From Octopus sinensis (Eukaryota): a stretch of 22,366 nt of DNA. The stretch is from assembly GCF_006345805.1 (NCBI RefSeq), contig NW_021836895.1:1-22366 (forward strand), written 5' to 3'. Below the pieces are notes generated by a model. The model had not been told where the DNA came from and ran no database searches. It saw only the letters and a list, made by a program, of their open reading frames with translations. Made by a program: the position numbers and the translations under genes. Shown piece by piece: positions 9,886 to 20,715 of this stretch; within the stretch, counting starts at the first letter, position 1; every line of letters starts with the position of its first letter.

Positions 9886-10133
9886 GCATTTTATTTGTAT
9901 TTTTATTATTTTTATTATTATTTTACATATTGATGTATATTGTTTTATTCGATTTTGATGTTCTCATTTGTATAATTAATTAATAATGTGAAATTGTAAT
10001 ATCCGCAAGTTGATGATCGAAATGAATTTGTTTCTCCATATTCTTATTTACATATATACGTGTGGGTGTGTGTGTGTGTGTGTGGTGTGTGTGTGTTTAT
10101 ATATCTGTGTCTATCTTTGTGTCTGTTTTTGTG

Positions 10134-10256
10134 TTCCCCCATCACCAATTGACAACAGGTGTTGGTACGTTTATGTCCCCGTAACTTAGTGGATCGGTGA
10201 AAGAGACTGATAGAATAAGTTCTAGGCTTAATAGATAAGTCCTGGGGTTGATTTGT
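10134..10256 (+). mobile_element. SINE-like repeat family C, 3' part
   Basis: GACAACAGGTGTTGGTACGTTTATGTCCCCGTAACTTAG...GATAGAATAAGT...CCTGGGGTTGATTTG; homologous to 1091-1250. Confidence 0.7.
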
Positions 10257-10893
10257 AGCTAATTATAGCAGATCGAACAACAGTGTAGTAGCTCCTTCTG
10301 TAGGAAGAACTTGGATAAATAACTTGCAACGAGGCAGCCTCTATGCGATTCACTTGATATGCTAGAGATAGCAATCAAAATTTGCCCGAAATCACATATT
10401 AACTTAAATAAAGACGAACACATATGAAAATGAAGTCCCGGATAAGTAGATATGATAGAAATATCTTTTGAATACTTTCGATAATAATTCTACTTCGTCT
10501 GTAGCACAGGTAAGCTGGGCGTCGGTAGTTATATGAAATTGTAAAGATTTTCTACTGAATGTTGTTCGACTGAAGCGATTTGTTGTAGGCGAATATACTT
10601 CTACTTTTAATGCATACTGTCCGTGTTCCAGTACTTTTGGACGAGATTATGTTGTAATGAAGGATATTTACGCGGTCTCCGAACATGTTGGATGAACATA
10701 TATCTGCTGACAGATGCTAGCGATGTGTTCGCTCGCGAGTGCACGTGTGTGTGCGTGCGTGAGTGTGAAAGAGAAGAGAGGATTACATTGAGCTGTAATC
10801 ACAAGATGTGAACGAATAGGTTTCAATACAGAGAAGATGGCGTGCCAAACGGATTGCCAAATTTGATTATGAGCTAACCAACAGTATTCTCAA

Positions 10894-11078
10894 TATTTCC
10901 TACAGTAACGGCGGTTAGCTGCCAGAATAGCTAGCGCGCCGATCAAAATCACCTGTCTTTACATTCTGAGTTCAGTTTCCGCCGAGGTCGACTTCATCTT
11001 TGTTTAAATATTTGGTTTAAACATTTTCTTCGACGTGCTAACGATTTTGCCAGTTCGCCGCCTTTACTGTAGAAAATA
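10894..11078. repeat. Fold-back element with 49-bp imperfect inverted arms (10894-10942 / 11030-11078) made from a Meta-like SINE head plus 15 bp of flank
   Basis: Left TATTTCCTACAGTAACGGCGGTTAGCTGCCAG...; reverse complement of right TATTTTCTACAGTAAAGGCGGCGAACTGGCAA...; 38/49 matches. Confidence 0.7.
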
Positions 11079-11092
11079 CCTGCTCGCTGCTT

Positions 11093-11848
<756 letters not shown>

Positions 11849-11858
11849 TTAATGATAA

Positions 11859-11932
<74 letters not shown>

Positions 11933-11935
<3 letters not shown>

Positions 11936-12310
11936 TATAAAGACCTGCTCATTGAAATTGAGAAAATGTGGCATCTCAAGGCGGTTACAATACCAGTGAT
12001 TGTAGGAGAACTAGGAATGATCAAGAAGGGAACCGAAAATTATATGAGAATGATCCCTGGTTTACCATCCCTGCAAGAAGTGCAAAAGATTGTCTTAACT
12101 GGTACATCACACGTATTGAGAAGAGCATTGTCGATGTGAGAACTATTACTACACATGTATTTTAATTTAACTTAAAAAAAAATGAACGAACTAGTGAGTT
12201 TAGTTTAATGCCTACCAATGTATACTATGAGTTTCTCTGCTGCCCTAGGAGTTCGGGAAGACACTCGGCAAGAAATGGAAGCAAATTTGAAAGAAGAAAA
12301 AAAAACAAAA
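11933..12310 (+). mobile_element. Second, distinct R4/Dong-like 3' fragment with 3' UTR
   Basis: KYKDLLIEIEKMWHLKAVTIPVIVGELGMIKKGTENYMRMIPGLPSLQEVQKIVLTGTSHVLRRALSM*, stop TGA at 12137-12139. Confidence 0.88.
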
Positions 12311-12457
12311 TAATAAAATAATGATAATTTTTTTTAAATGAACGAACTATTGAGTTTAGTTTAATGCCTACCATGTATACTATGAGTTTCTTTGCCCTAG
12401 GAGTCGGGAAGACACTCGGCAAGAAATGGAAGCAAATTTGAAAGAAGAAAAAAAAAA
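12181..12457 (+). repeat. Tandem duplication of the retrotransposon 3' UTR (period 156 bp)
   Basis: AATGAACGAACTA...GGGAAGACACTCGGCAAGAAATGGAAGCAAATTTGAAAGAAGAAAA starts at 12181 and 12337. Confidence 0.92.
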
Positions 12458-12685
12458 GAAGAAAAAGAAGAAGAAGAAGAAGAAGAAGAAGAAGAAGAGA
12501 AGAAGAAGAAGAAGAAGAAGAAGAAGAAGAAGAAGAAGAAGAAGAAGAAGAAGAAGAAGAAGGTTACTTGTTGTATCTCGATGTTATGAATTTTTTTCGA
12601 TTAGTTGTGCATAAATGAAATGATGATAATGATGATGATGATGATGATGTTGATGACGACGACGACGACGACGATGATGATAAAT
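12458..12685. repeat. (GAA)n and (GAT)n/(GAC)n microsatellites
   Basis: Direct reading. Confidence 0.9.
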
Positions 12686-13329
12686 TAAAATGAAAAGAAA
12701 GAGTGAACCAAAGTGAAGACAATGCCGTGTGGCATTGTGCTGATTACAATGAGTAGACTTGCGAAGATTTTAGTCAGAAAATCGAAAGAAAAAAATGGAG
12801 AAAAACAAATTAAAATGATTCATGTATTTAGTCTTAGATACAATAAAAACTGCGTATGTTCGTGTGAATGAATATACATGCGTAAAAAGATACCTGTTAT
12901 GTAAATATTACTGGAATAACTGTGGGTGTGTTTAACCAGTTATTCGAAGGAAACCAAAAGAAGACATATAATGAATATCATAGGAGGCAAAGAAAGAAAG
13001 AAAGAAAGAAAGAAAGGAAAAGGGAGAATGGGAGAGGGGGAGAGGGGGAAGAATGGAGTCGTGGTATTGCTGCGGTTGAATAACATGCAATTTTTCTAAC
13101 TTTCAATTGCATTGTGCACGCAAATAAAAAAAAAAACATAAACCAAAGCTTGTAAAGGTCAAAGGACTTTGCGAGAGATGTAATGTTTTCTTAGACAGAC
13201 ATACATATCCAATCACGGTATGGCATTTTAGCCAAAATATACTGTCGTGACGGATGTACATTCGTAGCGTATGCTACACACGCGTATTGTTCAGATATCT
13301 TCATTTCTATATGAAAATATATGCAGACA

Positions 13330-13732
13330 AGTATACGTATATGTTATTGCATATCTATACGCAAATGCATGACAAATACACACACAGATACACGCACGCA
13401 CGCAGACTCACACATATATAGTCACAAAGACACACACGTGTAAATTGTATACGCACACATGTATAAGAACTTATACTCAGACATATACGCATGCAGACAC
13501 ATGCACACATGCATATATTTGTGCGAGTGTGTGTATATGTGTGTGTGTGCATATGTGTGTCTGTGTACAACATATTCCATATATTCCTATGTCAGATACA
13601 TACATATAGAAATGCATACTTGCAGACCGTTTCTGACTGTCTGAATGTCTGTCTCATCAGAAACAAGTGTACATTAAATTAGTATAAATATGCGTTGTAA
13701 CACTTAAACATATTGAAACACTTATGAATACA

Positions 13733-13784
<52 letters not shown>

Positions 13785-14028
13785 GTGTGTGTGTGTGGTG
13801 TGTGTGTGTGTGTGGTGTGTGTGTGTGTAATCAGATATGCATGCAACCTACAGATACGTACAAACGTTAGAAGCATGTCTGTGTATACTTATGTATTTAT
13901 CTACACACACATACTCTCTCTCTCTCACTCACACACACATAGACATATAAGGAAAAGTATATATATATATTTACATATATATATATATATATATATACAT
14001 ACATACATATGAGATAAGAAAAGTATAC

Positions 14029-14102
<74 letters not shown>

Positions 14103-14122
14103 TAATGTATGTGTTTGTGCAT

Positions 14123-14153
<31 letters not shown>

Positions 14154-14170
14154 CTCGTGCGTGCGTATGT
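13330..14170. repeat. Compound (CA)/(TG)/(TA)/(TATG) microsatellite field
   Basis: Direct reading. Confidence 0.85.
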
Positions 14171-14931
14171 GTGCTTGGTTAAGTGGTTATTTTGTGTGTA
14201 GCTAACATTGAGTGATTCACAACATGGTAATTGGCCTTTTTCAAAGAAACCCCAACCGGAAGAAATGCTAAAGTTTGAAACGCGTGGTGTGTGAGAGAGA
14301 AATCTTCAAAAGAAGAGTTCTATATTCAGATATCTGACTGAGATTCTAGAAATGCAGTACCATTTTTCTTTTCTTTTCTTTCCTCCTTTTCTGTGTGTGT
14401 GTGTTGCTGTGTGTTTTCGTTCTCAGGTCAGTATGGAGTTTCTTTAAGAGGTCAGAATTTAATATGACATTTCATTGACTCTTTGACATTTAACTTTGGA
14501 ATAGCTAATTATGCGAAATAACTTTTTCTTCCCCCAATGAATATAAATAGATTTCTTTTAAACGTACAAAAAAAAATAAAATAAAATAGAAAGAAGAAAC
14601 GGAAAACAGTGCAAAAGAAACGTAAACTATATGAAAACGGTATTGAAATTATGTATATGTTGACAATTTAATGCCTAATAGTTCATTTTTTGGATATTTA
14701 TGAACTCATGTTAATTGCTAATTGTAGTTGTTACGGTTGTTTAACTATGGTTCAGCATTGATCATGTAACATTATGATTAAAGTATTCCAGACGTGACCA
14801 TCTAATCTGAGTTGATTTTTTTCAGATACTGTTTATATCGAGGATTACGTCGTCCTGGATTCTTCGTATATTAAAGTTAGCTGTAGGATTGAGATTCTGT
14901 TAGAAGTTTGTAGATTGCTGTGTCTAGGACG

Positions 14932-15153
14932 AAAGGTGGCGAGCTGGCAGAAACGTTAGCACGCCGGGCGAGATGCTTAGGAGTATTACGTTCTGAGTTC
15001 AAATTCCACCGAGGTCGACTTTGCCTTTCATCCTTTCGGAGTCGATAAATTAAGTACCAGTTACGCACTGGGGTCGATATAATCGACTTAATCCGTTTGT
15101 CTGCCCTTGTTTGTCCTCTCTGTGTTTAGCCCCTTGTGGATAGTAAAGAAATA
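14932..15153 (+). mobile_element. Meta-like SINE M1 with a short internal deletion in the head
   Basis: Matches 6354-6587 except that ...GTATTTCGTCTGCCGTTACG is collapsed to GAGTATTACG. Confidence 0.9.
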
Positions 15154-15154
15154 T

Positions 15155-15325
15155 GTATTTCGTCCAACTTTACGTTCTGAGTTCAAATTCTACCAAAGTC
15201 TACTTCGCCTTTCATACTTCTGGGGTCGATAAAATAAGTATCAGTTGAGTACTGGGGGTCGATGTAATCGACTTATCCCATCTCTCGAAATTGCTGGCCT
15301 TGTGCCAAAATTTGTAACTAATATT
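15155..15325 (+). mobile_element. Meta-like SINE subfamily M2, lacking its 5' end, directly behind the M1 copy
   Basis: TTACGTTCTGAGTTCAAATTC...TTTCATACTTCTGGGGTCGATAAAATAAGTA...AAATTGCTGGCCTTGTGCCAAAATTTG. Confidence 0.8.
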
Positions 15326-15801
15326 TCATAGTGGAGTTTATAGCGGAATTCAGTCTAGGAATACTTGCAGATTTCATAAGAATATGAGTTTGTAAGTTTA
15401 GTGACTGTAAGGAATAAATAATGTATCGTTTTGGGTTCTTTCTACTTCACCTGAGTGAGGAAAAGAGGTAAAATCAGGAAAAAGAGAATGGGAGAGACAC
15501 AATCATGCTGACACTTTGGCTAGAAGATAGTAAAGTGCAACAAAGCGACAATACCATTTTAAATTCCTCACCTCTCCCCTTCTCTCCTCTTATCTTTCTA
15601 ACGATGGCCGTTTAAACTCCTCGTAGCAGCTTAACTGATACAACTCTTCCATTAACTGGTGCCTGGTAGTGTTTTTATGTGGTGTATTATGGCAGTATTG
15701 GTGTGACGTGTGTGTTGCACGGCAGTGTTCACGTACACCGTTTGGTAGTGCTGATACGTGATGTATGATAACATATGCACAGTATGAAAAATATATATAT
15801 A

Positions 15802-15809
15802 AACACACA

Positions 15810-15874
<65 letters not shown>
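15802..15874. repeat. (CA)n microsatellite
   Basis: Direct reading. Confidence 0.95.
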
Positions 15875-15875
<1 letters not shown>

Positions 15876-16465
15876 CTTCTATACTAGTGTTTGCGTTGTA
15901 TACAGTTGCATGATGTATGATAGCGTTGGTGAGTTTTGTGGCGTAGTCTTTGTGTCTTTTTTAAATCATAGCGCTGAGACATACTCTGTGTTATTGTAAT
16001 TTGAAGCCGAGTTGGCGTATTTTATAGTTGGTTTGGGTTTTTAGTAAGGTGTATGATAACACAACAGGATTAGAATTTACTGCTATAAACCTATTCGTAA
16101 TTTTATATTGAATATAAATGAAACTTAATTGCTTATAATGGCGTTGCTGTCAATAAGCAGTCTCTCACCTGTGGAGAGAAAATGTGAAACGATAAATGAC
16201 TGACTGTGTAGATCGTCTACCTTTGAAAAGACATTACTTTATCAATAAAAATACACTTTATCAATAATTCTGTTAGGTCTAAGTGATATTAAAACGCATT
16301 TGTCTTGCCATTTACATCGATATATTTTTTCAATGGCTGAAGCGAAGTTGATTATATCCTATATCCAGTTCTTTTACAGCTGCTGTTAAATTAGATCAAA
16401 GAATTTTGCACGAATCCCAAAGTTGTTCTGAATGTTTATTGAACTCTTGAATTCCTAAACTGCAG

Positions 16466-16630
16466 ATTTCCACAACTGTCACAAAAGTCAGAACCAGATG
16501 AAACCGCAGTTTAAACAGTGTCCTTGTTTAGCGATCAAAGACTGCAATGAGAACGCTTCTGTGAGAAAAACTAACTTTATCCTTGTTTTAAAAAAGGACT
16601 TCTTGCCAAAAGAGTTTCTTTTTGCATTAG
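16466..16630 (+). CDS. Candidate internal exon of unknown product (165 bp, phase 1-1)
   Basis: CTAAACTGCAG|A acceptor and TAG|GTATGT donor; one open frame (DFHNCHKSQNQMKPQFKQCPCLAIKDCNENASVRKTNFILVLKKDFLPKEFLFALG); length divisible by 3. No recognisable homology and a weak polypyrimidine tract. Confidence 0.2.
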
Positions 16631-16759
16631 GTATGTTTCCTTTCTGGTTTGATGAAGTAAATTACTCCGGATGTTTTCTTCCATCGATTTTCGAGCTAAA
16701 TGTGGCTTAATACTTCAAACGGTGAGTTAAAATTCGGTGATATTATTCAAAAATTCTTT

Positions 16760-16976
16760 AAGGTGACGAGCTGGCTGAATCGTTAGCAGGCCGAGCAAAA
16801 TGCTTAGGCATTTCGTTCGTCTTTACGTGCTGGGTTCAAATTCTGCCGCGATCAATTTTCCCTTTCATCCTTTCGGTTTGATAAAATAACTAATAGTTGA
16901 GTACTGGAGTCGATGTAATCGACAAGCGCCCTCCGCTAAACTTGCTGGCCTTGTACCAAAATTTGAAACTATTATT
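16760..16976 (+). mobile_element. Meta-like SINE subfamily M2, diverged, near full length
   Basis: AAGGTGACGAGCTGGCTGAATCGTTAGCA head, GGTTCAAATTC B-box, CTTTCATCCTTTCGG domain, TTGCTGGCCTTGTACCAAAATTTGAAAC tail. Confidence 0.82.
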
Positions 16977-17553
16977 TAAAGATTCTTAATTATTTATCTG
17001 ATTATTATGTATTAATAATGGAATCACTGTCCAGGAACCGATATCTTGTAAATATATGTGTAAAAAGACTTTCACGATATTTAACCTACATTGACAGGTG
17101 AAAGGATATGACAACTATTGAAACCCACAATCACTATGTAACATCACAAATCATTATTTCGTATCGATACATTTCAACCAAATTCATGATATATACAGGA
17201 AGCACTTATTTCTTTTGCCTTTACATCTTTCCATGCACCCAACATCATGAAACAATGTATCCATCCGAACTGCCTGAAAAACTAGCCAAATCTTTCACAT
17301 ACCACGCATTGCTGTTCTAAATATGGAAAAAAAGATACATCATTTCCTGTAGTCCAACATTATTCCTGAAGAGCTTAGTCAAGGAGGAAGGACATTGTTC
17401 ATGACACTTTTCAGAGTTTTGAGACTAGTGGAAAGGAAGAAGGAAGGTCACAAATCAGAGACCTGGTTCAAATGTTTGTATCAAAGAGGTTTCCTTCAAA
17501 TAGGCTCTGGCTGGCTTTGACCCCGGAACTCAAGAATGTGGAACAAATGCCGC

Positions 17554-18712
17554 AGTTGCACGAAAGATCACTGCACAAGTCGATGAATGCCTACAGCAGG
17601 GGCACGTCCCTACTTGGATGACAAGTGGACGAACGTTGTTATGTCTCAAGGACCCCTTGAAAGGTAAATATGTATCGAATTTTCAACCTATAACCTATTT
17701 ATCACTCATGTGGAAAGTCATGACCGGTGTCTTGGAGGAAAAGTTATATAACGATCTGGAAAGTGACAATCTACTTCCAGGAGAACAGAAAGGATGCCAG
17801 AAATAAAGCAGGACAACAAAAGACCACATATGTCTTGCAAACAACTTGCACATGCAAGTGCTACCAGTCAAAAACTCCGCATACCGGAAGCCAGCAAGTG
17901 TATGGGGTCATCAGGAGAGAATACGCGCCGTTTCGGGGCCTGCATCTCGACGGCATCAATGCGCACCGGCCTCCCTCACTGATATGAACCCCCGCTTGCT
18001 AGATCAGCTGGTTATCAAATAAAGCTCAATATCCTTCTAGCCATTGGTCATCGTCTCTTTTTAACCAAATCCAGTGGCTAGCCTTCTCCACTGTAGTTTG
18101 GATATCGGTCATGGTGATATCGACTTTACGATGAGTTAGGCCTAACGATAACAACAGTCGCCTCACACTGTGTCCAACGAACCCTCTACATAAAATGATA
18201 ATTAGAAATTTTTGATGCATATTGATAGAACTGAATAGAGCATGGTTGGATTACAAAAAAAAGCATGCGACATGGTACAGCACAGTTGAATAAGTAAAAT
18301 AATGAACCTGTTTGAGTGGTAGAATATATGGAGAAAATGGTTAAATGAAAGTATGGAATATTGGAGTACTGAATTGATTGGAAGAAACCAAAGACTTGGG
18401 AAAGTGAACATCAGATATGACAAGTGGATGAACATCAGGCAGTTCGGATGGATACCTCGTCTCATGATATTGTCATGTGGTGAAAGTTTATCTCAAATAC
18501 TATTTGTACTGGCTGTGATACCGCCGAGTTTGATATTACGAAAAGTTAAAATAGTTTACGATTCGGGAAAAGGATATGGTCAAATAAATCGTCTCCTTTT
18601 TATGGATGATATAAAGCTTTATGCGGAAAGTGTGAAACAGCTTGAGAAGTTTTGTACATACTGCTCGCATTTTCTCAAATGATGTAGGTATGGAATTTGG
18701 GATTGAAAATGA
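17554..18712 (+). pseudogene. Reverse transcriptase fragment of an R4/Dong-like non-LTR retrotransposon, interrupted at 17831-18190
   Basis: ECLQQGHVPTWMTSGRTLLCLKDP..NFQPITYLSLMWKVMTG...LLPGEQKGCQK*SRTTKDH | KMIIRN...AWLDYKK.CDMVQHS...GESLSQILFVLA...INRLLFMDDIKLYA...GMEFGIE; FMDD catalytic motif; stops and frameshifts present. Confidence 0.9.
17831..18190 (-). mobile_element. 5'-truncated 3' end of a HERO-like (RLE-type) non-LTR retrotransposon, inserted antisense
   Basis: CRGFVGHSVRRLLLSLGL...VEKASHWIWLKRDDDQWLEGY* (18190-18026) fits the GCRGF...AE.SS.WLWLKR C-terminal pattern; ~195-bp 3' UTR; candidate 5-bp TSD ACATA at 17826-17830 and 18188-18192. Confidence 0.7.
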
Positions 18713-18727
18713 ACCTGAGTCAAATCA

Positions 18728-18728
18728 A

Positions 18729-18767
<39 letters not shown>

Positions 18768-18780
18768 CAGCAGTAGTAGC

Positions 18781-18811
<31 letters not shown>

Positions 18812-18959
18812 AGTGATGGTGGTGATAGTAGTAGTAGTAGTAGTAGTAGTAGTTGTAGTAAGTGATGGTGGTGATAGTAGTAGTAGTAGTAAGTGATGGT
18901 GGTGGTAGTGGTAGTAGTAGTAGTAAGTGATGGTGGTGGTGGTGGTGGTAGTAGTAGTA

Positions 18960-19006
<47 letters not shown>

Positions 19007-19035
19007 AGTGGTGGTGATGGTGGTAGTATAGTAGA
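18728..19035. repeat. (TAG)n microsatellite with recurring TAAG-TGA-(TGG)n interruptions
   Basis: TAAGTG(A/G)TGGTG near 18810, 18859, 18890, 18924 and 19005. Confidence 0.9.
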
Positions 19036-19192
19036 ATGAATAGCAAATAAATCCAACACCACCACACACACTCCATCCTCATACTACTACCATTCCTTCC
19101 TCTACTCCCATCACCTTCATCCCCCTACCAAGTACACACAGAAATACCCACATCACTAGATTGGCCTTCAATACAGGCAAGAATGGCTCAAC

Positions 19193-19385
19193 ATCCCTCT
19201 GTTTTTCATCCACTAATGCAGTATCGCTTGATGAAATGAATCAATGATGATGACCAACCGGATGCCGACGGATACTACAGACTCTAACTGTACTCATCCC
19301 AAGGATACAAACTCTGATGTTAAAACCAAGCAATTTGTGAAAACGCGCGTAGCGATGTATTAAATATCTATAAGTTCCATCCTAG
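19193..19385 (+). repeat. Dispersed repeat family B, copy 2
   Basis: Colinear with 345-537; followed by (TA)n. Confidence 0.9.
19223..19356 (+). ncRNA. Candidate hammerhead variant (family B, copy 2; C3 changed to U)
   Basis: ATCGC-TTGATGA(19228-34)...GAAA-ACGCGCGT-A-GCGAT(19339-56). Confidence 0.3.
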
Positions 19386-19412
19386 TGTTATTATATATAT
19401 ATATATATATAT

Positions 19413-19490
19413 GACGGTCTTCTTTCAGTTTCTATCTACTAAGGACATACGGTTAGAAAGATGGTTTCTTAAACACACAGCCACGCCTGC
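19413..19490 (-). mobile_element. SINE family A remnant (both ends, middle deleted)
   Basis: GACGGTCTTCTTTCAGTTTC (tail) and CACACAGCCACGCCTGC (head) are antisense to 186-333 and 8664-8822. Confidence 0.65.
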
Positions 19491-20501
19491 TCATGTGTAA
19501 TTGATAATAATATCTTACGGCATGCTGATTTGTCTCACTACTTTTATAGTTCTTTACATGCAGAAATTGTAAATTTATTTTTCTAGAAAAGAAAAAACAG
19601 AAGGAAGGAAGTTATTTAAGAGTCGAACATAAGATCAATAACGAGAAGAGACTGAAATATAGTGGCAACTGAGAGAATAGGAGAAGATAAAGATGGAATA
19701 GAAGATAAAGATAGGAAGAAAGAGAGAAAAACAACGGAATACCGATAGAAGACTACTTCGTTTCTTAAAGTCCGTCTAAGTTATTTAAAGTTGTTCGTGA
19801 AAATTCGACTAATGAGATTTAGGTATCATTTAATAAACAATTTCAATTTATTATGAGCTACCAGACTTTCTACGTTTAATATCTGGACATAGCGTGATTT
19901 ATTTGGGATTTTTTAATGCATTCATGTAGACAATCAAAGACTAATTTATTCTATTTAATTTTGGTTTAAGAACATCAATTATTATAGATGCGATTTAATT
20001 AATATGGGATTAGGAGGAATTGTATGTTAATAGTTTAAAGTCAGTTTATTTTTCTTAGTTGCTATACATCAATGCAATGAACGATATTTCTAGCTCCATT
20101 TATACTGTAATTTAAAAAAACTGTTTCTTGATTAGTTTGAAGTATGTAACTTTTACTATGATATGGCAATTATTAAAGTTTACACAGACTAGAAAATTCT
20201 TCTAAATTCTAATTTTAATATGTATATATAAAAATGTATTTTTGACAATTCAATTTTTTATTGAAGAACTTAACTACAAAAATTAAATTTCAATTCACTA
20301 TGAGATAGCGTTTTTAAACGCTGCAGATAGCAATTTTCTTTGTCTTTTTTCTATCTCATATACTTCATAATGGACTTTCTACAGACATATAAGCAAAAGC
20401 ATTTCTCCAAATTATAAGTTTATCATCATTCCTAAGACATGATTTATAGGACTGTATAGATTACAGCACTGACGTGTTACCCCAATCATTCAAGAATTGA
20501 A

Positions 20502-20715
20502 TGAGCACAACCAGCTTCTACGGAAATTGCATTTACATTCTACAGCTGTGTTTGGTTCCTAAAAGTGTAGATGATGTCAACAAATGTGACTGATTTCTAC
20601 AAATGCTGTTGACTTCTACAAATGCATGTAGCTTCTGCAAGTTCAGCTGGGTTCCAAAGTACAGCTGGCTTCAAAAAGTGCAACTGGCCTTTCCTACAAA
20701 TATAGCTGATTTATA
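20502..20715. repeat. Decayed ~19-bp minisatellite, about 11 units, consensus near ACAAATGCAGCTGRCTTCT
   Basis: Consecutive 19-mers at 20542, 20561, 20580, 20599, 20618 and 20637, e.g. ACAAATGTGACTGATTTCT, ACAAATGCTGTTGACTTCT, ACAAATGCATGTAGCTTCT. Confidence 0.7.

Larger units (their letters stand above)
9023..10049. repeat. Long inverted repeat: arms 9023-9425 and 9640-10049, ~215-bp microsatellite-rich spacer; probable Penelope-like terminal-repeat pair
   Basis: For example CCTTACAGCTGTTTCAGCCTATGGTTAAGAG (9178+) versus CTCTTAACCATAGGCTGAAACAGCTGTAAGG (9854+); arms roughly 90-95% identical by eye. Confidence 0.93.

Noticed and set aside
14826-14931. TTTTTTTTCAG followed by an open frame, as an exon
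   Set aside because: No good donor, and 14737-14930 appears to be an old repeat, loosely antisense to 10345-10450.
17908-17934. GAAAC and CTGATGA on the minus strand in the HERO-like 3' UTR
   Set aside because: Only 15 nt separate them in permuted order, too short for stems III and I, and the stem II flanks (CCCC/CCCC) cannot pair.
20502-20715. 19-bp repeats as a CRISPR array
   Set aside because: Units are adjacent with no spacers, highly diverged, and in eukaryotic context with no cas genes.
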